Assembly: GCA_043820105.1 (NCBI GenBank)
Contig: JBDREC010000004.1
Coordinates: 69,682 to 133,681 of the forward strand
DNA length: 64,000 bases
DNA from: Pseudomonadota bacterium
GTDB lineage: Bacteria > Bdellovibrionota_F > JAHFAK01 > JBDREC01
Direction of reading: 5' to 3'
The position numbers and the translations under genes are program-made. This document shows, piece by piece, positions 58,669 to 64,000 of this stretch (the stretch's first letter is position 1; each line of letters begins with the position of its first letter). The notes below the pieces were generated by a model that had not been told where the DNA came from, did not search any database, and saw nothing but the letters and a program-made list of their open reading frames with translations.

Positions 58669-58828
58669 CGCATTGATTCTAAAAGAACAATGACGGAAAT
58701 GGTATTCGGTATTCAGTATTCGGTATTCAGTATTTGGTACCTGGGTATGTTTATTAGATTTAACTTACCACTTGCCACTTACAGCTTACCACTTATTAAT
58801 GGACTTGATCTATAAAAGGACAGGTACC
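58669..58828 (+). ncRNA. pan-motif-like cis-regulatory RNA: two bulged-A hairpins
   Basis: CG-CATTG-A-TTCT-aaa-AGAA-CAATG-A-CG (58669-95) and GG-ACTTG-A-TCT-ataaaa-GGA-CAGGT-A-CC (58801-28), upstream of the pan operon. Confidence 0.7.
58701..58797 (+). repeat. Two-arm heptamer array, (G/A)GTATTC x6 then ACTTACC x5
   Basis: 58701-58742 and 58763-58797 read directly. Confidence 0.92.
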
Positions 58829-58835
58829 CGAGAAT

Positions 58836-59585
58836 ATGAGAAAAAAATATACAATAATTGGAGATGGTAAACTTGCAAGGCATTTTTGTCATTACTTTAA
58901 ACTTCTAAATATTCAATTTAATCAATGGTCTAGGAAGCTATCCAATAAGAATAAGTTAACTTTAAATGATGTAATTTTTGACTCAGATGCTTGTTTAATT
59001 TTAATTAAAGATTCTGAAATTGAAAAATTTATTCAATCTAATAAAGTCTTGGAAAATAAATTGCTTGTTCATTTTTCAGGTTCACTTGTTATAGATATTG
59101 CCCTTGGTTTTCATTGTCCAATGACCTTTGCTCAAGAGCTTTATAGTTTAGAGAAATATGAAAAAATTCCATTTATGATTGAAGCTAATTCTTCTTATTA
59201 CAAGGTTGATAAGGACGAAGTATTTCATGAGATTTTTCCAGAATTAAACAATCCTTATTTTTTTATTCCCAAAGAAGAAAAAGCTTACTATCACAGCCTT
59301 TGTGTAATGGCAGGAAATTTTACAAGTATTTTATGGAATAAAATATTTTCAGAATTTGAAGAAAGGTTTTCTGTTCCTGCTGAAATGGCTCACTGCTATC
59401 TAGATTCAATTACTAAAAATCTCAAGGAAAATTACAAGCAAGCCCTAACAGGACCTTTTGAAAGAAATGATAAGGCAACTATTGAAAAAAATTTAAAAGC
59501 CTTAGAAGGTGATGACTGCAAGCCAATATATAATGCCTTTTTAAATTATTATATGAATAAACATAATAGGGATAAAATAAAATGA
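58836..59585 (+). CDS. panG: DUF2520/Rossmann-fold protein, probable alternative ketopantoate reductase
   Basis: IIGDGKLA, HFSGS, YH..CV.AGNF and ALTGP..R.D motifs; first gene of a pan operon lacking panE. Confidence 0.75.
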   Translation: MRKKYTIIGDGKLARHFCHYFKLLNIQFNQWSRKLSNKNKLTLNDVIFDSDACLILIKDSEIEKFIQSNKVLENKLLVHFSGSLVIDIALGFHCPMTFAQELYSLEKYEKIPFMIEANSSYYKVDKDEVFHEIFPELNNPYFFIPKEEKAYYHSLCVMAGNFTSILWNKIFSEFEERFSVPAEMAHCYLDSITKNLKENYKQALTGPFERNDKATIEKNLKALEGDDCKPIYNAFLNYYMNKHNRDKIK

Positions 59586-60367
59586 ATGTTATAGATTTTC
59601 AAAAAAAGAAAGATAAAAAAGAAAAAATTTCAATGATCACATGCTATGATCATTTTACTGCCAAAATTATAGATGATTCAATGATAGATTCTGTCTTGGT
59701 TGGCGATTCTTGTGCTATGGTTGTCTATGGTTATCCTTCGACAATTAATGCAACAGTTGAAATGATGGAAAGACACATCGAAATTGTATCAAGAGGCGCC
59801 AAATCAAAATTTATAATAGGTGATATGCCATTTCTCTCTTTTAGAAAAGGAGTTGCTGAGGCAATGGAATGTGTGGAAAGTTTCATGAGGGCAGGAGCTC
59901 ACGCTGTAAAGCTTGAAGGTGTTACAGGCCATGAAGATGTTGTAGCTAATATTGTCCAATCTGGTGTTCCTGTAATGGGCCACTTAGGTCTGACTCCTCA
60001 ATCTGTTCACAAGTTTGGTGGTCATAAGGTTCAAGGCAAAGATCAAGAATCCATGGACAAAATTATTAAAGATGCAAAAATCTTAGAAGACCTTGGTTGT
60101 TTTTCTATTGTGCTTGAATGCATTCCAGAGAATCTAGCAAGTAAGATAACAGAAGCAATAAAAATACCGACAATTGGTATTGGAGCAGGTTTACACGTTG
60201 ATGGTCAAGTGCTTGTGCTTCAAGATATGCTTGGAATGGCTAAGGATTTCAACCCTAAATTTTTAAGAAAGTATCTTGATGGCCATAGTTTGATATCAAA
60301 TGCGATTAATAAGTTTCATCGAGATGTTAAGTGTTTGGAGTTTCCTGGGTGGGATGAATCGTATTAA
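59582..60367 (+). CDS. panB: Ketopantoate hydroxymethyltransferase
   Basis: LVGDS, DMPF, VKLEG, HLGLTPQS and TIGIGAG motifs. Confidence 0.97.
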   Translation: MNVIDFQKKKDKKEKISMITCYDHFTAKIIDDSMIDSVLVGDSCAMVVYGYPSTINATVEMMERHIEIVSRGAKSKFIIGDMPFLSFRKGVAEAMECVESFMRAGAHAVKLEGVTGHEDVVANIVQSGVPVMGHLGLTPQSVHKFGGHKVQGKDQESMDKIIKDAKILEDLGCFSIVLECIPENLASKITEAIKIPTIGIGAGLHVDGQVLVLQDMLGMAKDFNPKFLRKYLDGHSLISNAINKFHRDVKCLEFPGWDESY

Positions 60368-60389
60368 GTGGTAAGTGGTAAGTGGTAAG
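60365..60389 (+). repeat. (TAAGTGG) x3.6 array starting at the panB stop
   Basis: taagtgg taagtgg taagtgg taag. Confidence 0.9.
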
Positions 60390-60452
60390 AAATAGATACT
60401 TGTAAGATTGAATTTAATATTTACTATCGAGCATCTAGCATTATGGAGAATT

Positions 60453-61217
60453 ATGATAGAAATATTTAAAAAAATAGCCAAATGGCAGGTTTTTAGAAAT
60501 AGTGAAGCCTTTGCAGGGAAGACTCTTGGGTTTGTGCCTACAATGGGGGCTTTGCATGAGGGGCATTTATCCTTAATGCAGAAATCAATTGCTGAAAATG
60601 ATTTTACACTTGTTTCTTTGTTTGTTAATCCTACGCAATTTAATGATCCAAAGGATTTAGAAAAATATCCGCGTGACTTTGATGATGATTTTGAAAAGCT
60701 GAAAAATGCTGGGGTGGATTTTATTTTATTTCCTGAGTATAATGATATTTATGCTGACGGCTATAGATATGTTGTTTCTGAAAAAAAACTTGCTAATATG
60801 CTTTGTGGTGCTTCAAGGCCCGGTCATTTTGATGGAGTTTTAACTGTTGTTTTAAAGCTTTTACAAATTGCAGGGGCTCAAAAAGCATACTTTGGGGAAA
60901 AGGATTTTCAACAATATATGCTTGTTTCAGATATGGCTAAATCTTTTTTTATTAACACTGAAATAATAGGCTGCCCCATCATAAGAGCTGAAGATGGTCT
61001 TGCCCTTTCTTCACGCAATCTTTTACTTAATAAAGAAAACCGAAAAAAAGCAGGGATCTTTCCAAGGCTGCTTCATTCAGGGGAGTCAATTGAAGTAATT
61101 AAAGAAAAGCTTACTAAAGAAGGCTTTAAGCTTGATTATATTGAAGAGCACTTTGGAAGAATTTTTGGAGCTGTTTATTTACAAAAAGTGAGGTTAATTG
61201 ATAATGGCAAAAGGTAA
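60453..61217 (+). CDS. panC: Pantoate-beta-alanine ligase
   Basis: GGAG RBS; FVPTMGALHEGH, FVNPTQF, RPGHFDGV, FGEKD, LSSRN and RLIDN motifs. Confidence 0.97.
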   Translation: MIEIFKKIAKWQVFRNSEAFAGKTLGFVPTMGALHEGHLSLMQKSIAENDFTLVSLFVNPTQFNDPKDLEKYPRDFDDDFEKLKNAGVDFILFPEYNDIYADGYRYVVSEKKLANMLCGASRPGHFDGVLTVVLKLLQIAGAQKAYFGEKDFQQYMLVSDMAKSFFINTEIIGCPIIRAEDGLALSSRNLLLNKENRKKAGIFPRLLHSGESIEVIKEKLTKEGFKLDYIEEHFGRIFGAVYLQKVRLIDNGKR

Positions 61218-61749
61218 TATTATTTTTGCTTTAACAGGTTCAATCGCTTGTTATAAAGCTTGTTTCCTAATCTCAAAACTAGTCCAGTCAGGTTTTGTAG
61301 TGCAGACAATTGCTACAGATTCTGCTTTAAAATTTATTGGCAAGTCAACTCTTGAGGGGTTAACCTCCAGACCTGTTTATCTTGATATGTTTGATAAAAG
61401 TGGAAATATTGAGCATGTTAGCCTGCCCAAATGGGCTGATCTAGCTATCGTTTGTCCTGCAACAGCCAACAGTATAAATAAATTTTCCCATGGTATAGCA
61501 GATGATTTATTAACAAGTATATTTTTAGCATATGACTTAAAAAAACCTTTTTTAATTGCTCCAGCAATGAATCACAATATGTTTAATCATCCTGCAACAA
61601 AAGAAAGTTTTTTAAAACTAAAGAAATGGGGCGTGAAAGTTTTAGAAAGTGAATATGGCATGCAAGCATGCAAAGAAGAAGGGGACGGACGTTTGCTAGA
61701 TCCTATGAGAATTTATGAGGAAATTATTAATACCTTTGGCGGTATATAG
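61204..61749 (+). CDS. coaC: Phosphopantothenoylcysteine decarboxylase (stand-alone)
   Basis: TGSIACYK, PATAN, GIADDL, APAMN and ACKEEGDGRL motifs. Confidence 0.92.
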   Translation: MAKGNIIFALTGSIACYKACFLISKLVQSGFVVQTIATDSALKFIGKSTLEGLTSRPVYLDMFDKSGNIEHVSLPKWADLAIVCPATANSINKFSHGIADDLLTSIFLAYDLKKPFLIAPAMNHNMFNHPATKESFLKLKKWGVKVLESEYGMQACKEEGDGRLLDPMRIYEEIINTFGGI

Positions 61750-61811
61750 TATTCAGTATTTAGTATTCTGCCTATTCTTAACTGAATACAAAATACCGAA
61801 TACTGAATACC
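61741..61811 (+). repeat. Two-arm inverted heptamer hairpin (AGTATTC)/(GAATACT) between coaC and coaB
   Basis: 30-nt arms 61741-70 and 61782-811 with an 11-nt loop. Confidence 0.92.
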
Positions 61812-61836
61812 AAAATATTTTAAACTAAGGTTAAAA

Positions 61837-62511
61837 ATGCATATATTAATAACAGGTGGCGCAACACAAGAAGCCATTGACGGTGTAAGATATATTACGA
61901 ATATGTCTACAGGTCGGACAGGGACAATTTTAGCTGATTATTTTACATTAAAAGGAAATGATGTGTATTATCTGTCTGGCAAACATTCAATTAAACCAAG
62001 GCAAGTAAAAAACATTTTTTGCTTTGAAAGTTTTTTTGATTTAAATAAACTGCTTGAGCAAAAAATAAATGAGCAGCAATTTGATGTTATAATTCATTTG
62101 GCGGCAGTAAGTGATTATTCTATTAAGGAAATTATTGTTGATGATAAAATTTTTAGCCCAAGTCAGGTCTGTAAATTAGATTCAACTTCTGATGTGGCAA
62201 TTAAGTTGAAGCCAAATTTTAAGATTGTTACCAGGATTAAAGAATATGCCCATGACTATAATCCCTTTTTAATTGCCTTTAAACTTACAAATACGGGATC
62301 AGAAGATGATCGCTTAGAAGCTGCATTAAAACTCTCAATGAAAAACTATGTTGATCTATTGGTTCACAATGACCTTAATGAAATGGATGATAGAAATCAG
62401 CACATTTTTAGTATTTATAATAAGAATAAAGTTTTACGAAAGTGCAACTCAGCTGTTGAGCTTGCTGAAGCTTTGGATGGTATCCTAAAAATTAAAATGA
62501 TGGGGGTATAG
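61837..62511 (+). CDS. coaB: Phosphopantothenate-cysteine ligase (stand-alone)
   Basis: ITGG.T.E.ID.VRYITN.STG, AAVSDY and FKL motifs. Confidence 0.92.
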   Translation: MHILITGGATQEAIDGVRYITNMSTGRTGTILADYFTLKGNDVYYLSGKHSIKPRQVKNIFCFESFFDLNKLLEQKINEQQFDVIIHLAAVSDYSIKEIIVDDKIFSPSQVCKLDSTSDVAIKLKPNFKIVTRIKEYAHDYNPFLIAFKLTNTGSEDDRLEAALKLSMKNYVDLLVHNDLNEMDDRNQHIFSIYNKNKVLRKCNSAVELAEALDGILKIKMMGV

Positions 62512-62516
62512 AGAAG

Positions 62517-63299
62517 ATGATATTAACCTTAGATGTTGGAAACAGCCAAATATTTGGTGGAGTTTTTGGAAATGATGATTTGTTATTTAAATTTAGAAGA
62601 TCATCCAAACAAGGATTTTCTTCTGATGAAATAGGTTTGTTTTTAAGAGATGTTTGCAGGGCAAAGGACATTGATCCAAAATCTATTAAAGATGTATCAA
62701 TTTGTTCTGTTGTTCCTGATATGAATCATTCTCTACGAAATGGATGCTTAAAGTATTTTGATATTGAGCCATTTTTTTTGAAACCAGGGACAAAAACCGG
62801 ACTAAAAATAAAATACAGAAATCCATTAGAAGTTGGAGCTGACAGGATAGCTAACGCTATTGCAGCTATAAACATTTATCCAAATCAAAATATTATTATT
62901 GCTGACTTTGGTACTGCAAACACAATCTGTGCAGTGAATTCAAGCAAGGAGTTTTTAGGTGGTATTATTTTTCCTGGTCTTAGACTTTCTATGGAAGTTT
63001 TAGAAGCAAAGACTTCCAAGCTTCCTGCTGTTGAAATTGTTGTGCCAAGTGAAATCATCGGAAAATCAACAATTGAAGGTATTCAATCAGGGCTCTATTA
63101 TTATAATTTCGCAGCTATTCAATATTTGACAAAAGAGATTAAAAAAAACTATTTTAATAATAGTGATGCTGTTGTTATAGGAACTGGTGGTTTTGGATCC
63201 TTATTCGAAGGCCAATCTTTATTTGATACATATTTGCCAGACCTTGTATTAATGGGTCTGAATGATGCTTTAAAAATGAACAGAAAAGAGGAAGTTTGA
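62517..63299 (+). CDS. coaX: Type III pantothenate kinase
   Basis: LDVGNS, SVVP, GADR, DFGTA, GG.I.PG and TGG motifs. Confidence 0.95.
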   Translation: MILTLDVGNSQIFGGVFGNDDLLFKFRRSSKQGFSSDEIGLFLRDVCRAKDIDPKSIKDVSICSVVPDMNHSLRNGCLKYFDIEPFFLKPGTKTGLKIKYRNPLEVGADRIANAIAAINIYPNQNIIIADFGTANTICAVNSSKEFLGGIIFPGLRLSMEVLEAKTSKLPAVEIVVPSEIIGKSTIEGIQSGLYYYNFAAIQYLTKEIKKNYFNNSDAVVIGTGGFGSLFEGQSLFDTYLPDLVLMGLNDALKMNRKEEV

Positions 63300-63300
63300 A

Positions 63301-63648
63301 ATGCAAAGAGAAATGTTAAAATCAAAAATTCATAGAGCTTCTGTGACAGATGCAAACCTGGAATATGAAGGTTCAATTAGTATTGATTCGATATTGCTAG
63401 AGGCAGCCGATATTTTGCCTTTTGAAAAAGTAGATATCTATAATTGTAATAATGGGAATCGGTTTGCAACTTATGTTATCCCTGGCAAAAGAGGCGAAAT
63501 TTGCCTAAATGGAGCAGCTGCTCGTCTGGTACATAAAGGTGACAAGGTAATAATTGCCGCATATTCTTTTTATCATAATGATTCGTGCACTAAACACGAT
63601 CCTAAAATTGTTTTACTTAACGAGGCTAATGAAATTATAAACAGCTAA
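63301..63648 (+). CDS. panD: Aspartate 1-decarboxylase
   Basis: KSKIHRA, YEG/SI self-cleavage site, RFATY and NGAAAR motifs. Confidence 0.97.
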   Translation: MQREMLKSKIHRASVTDANLEYEGSISIDSILLEAADILPFEKVDIYNCNNGNRFATYVIPGKRGEICLNGAAARLVHKGDKVIIAAYSFYHNDSCTKHDPKIVLLNEANEIINS

Positions 63649-63701
63649 ATTGTGAATGTACGCACTTGCCTTATTTTAGAAAAGGAAGGGGTGTTTAACT
63701 C

Positions 63702-63740
63702 AAAAAAAGACGGCTCAAAATTCCCAGCGGAATTTTGGCC
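63702..63740 (-). terminator. Terminator-like hairpin with U-tract on the minus strand
   Basis: Plus strand GGC-T-CAAAATTCC-cagc-GGAATTTTG-GCC preceded by A7. Confidence 0.6.
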
Positions 63741-63750
63741 TTGATCTCAC

Positions 63751-63852
63751 CGCGCTATTTTCCAAGTATAAGTAAAATGAAATTTACAAATTGAAGAACA
63801 CTTAAAGGCGGAGATTTCATTTAACTTCTACTAGGAAAAACCGGCTAGCGCG
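63751..63852. ncRNA. Long imperfect hairpin, candidate structured RNA
   Basis: 63758-83 pairs with 63814-39 (23 of 26 positions), closed by CGCGCTA/TAGCGCG. Confidence 0.45.
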
Positions 63853-64000
63853 CCTCCGATACACTTTTTTTAAATTAACTTCCCTGAGATTTTCAGAAAA
63901 AATAAATGCCATACACTAAACACTTGATCTTATTTTTAAATTTGGTTAAAAATTATCCATAATTTTATCTAACTTATTAATATTTTAATTACTATGGAGT

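Noticed and set aside
63894..63911. Sigma-54 promoter for the panD-downstream RNA (TGGCATTTATTTTTTC)
   Set aside because: No GC at the -12 position.
1..64000. rRNA, tRNA, prophage, IS, integron or diversity-generating retroelement; remaining short overlapping ORFs in the track
   Set aside because: No recognisable motifs or enzymes seen by eye; the short ORFs overlap well-supported genes and lack independent support.

Overview
AT-rich chromosomal window from a diderm bacterium. The gene content looks delta-proteobacterial or Bdellovibrionota-like (inference only). I saw no rRNA, tRNA, CRISPR array, integrase or transposase. Housekeeping content: Xaa-Pro peptidase, ribosomal protein THX (missed by the ORF track), metG, a two-component system, a TetR-TolC-MFP-RND efflux operon, a complete shikimate pathway (aroF, aroB, aroDE fusion, aroA, aroK and an aroC-chorismate mutase fusion), bat genes, three parvulin PPIases, family-4 UDG, an SPFH pair, a type IV pilin and a panG-panB-panC-coaC-coaB-coaX-panD operon. 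Interspersed are orphan secreted proteins and lipoproteins, several behind sigma-54-type promoters. Main unexplained signals: (1) a multi-family system of 6-8-bp tandem repeat arrays that begin at stop codons, share termini, form covarying hairpins with G:U pairs and are written in-frame into aroA and batC; (2) a candidate sigma-54 sRNA carrying an anti-Shine-Dalgarno seed; (3) twin bulged-A pan-motif-like hairpins split by a repeat array; (4) an apparently catalytically dead ABC ATPase plus M1 pseudo-peptidase; (5) a secreted hydrophobic-helix plus HD-domain effector-like protein; (6) a long-hairpin RNA candidate after panD. All calls were made by eye; no searches were run.
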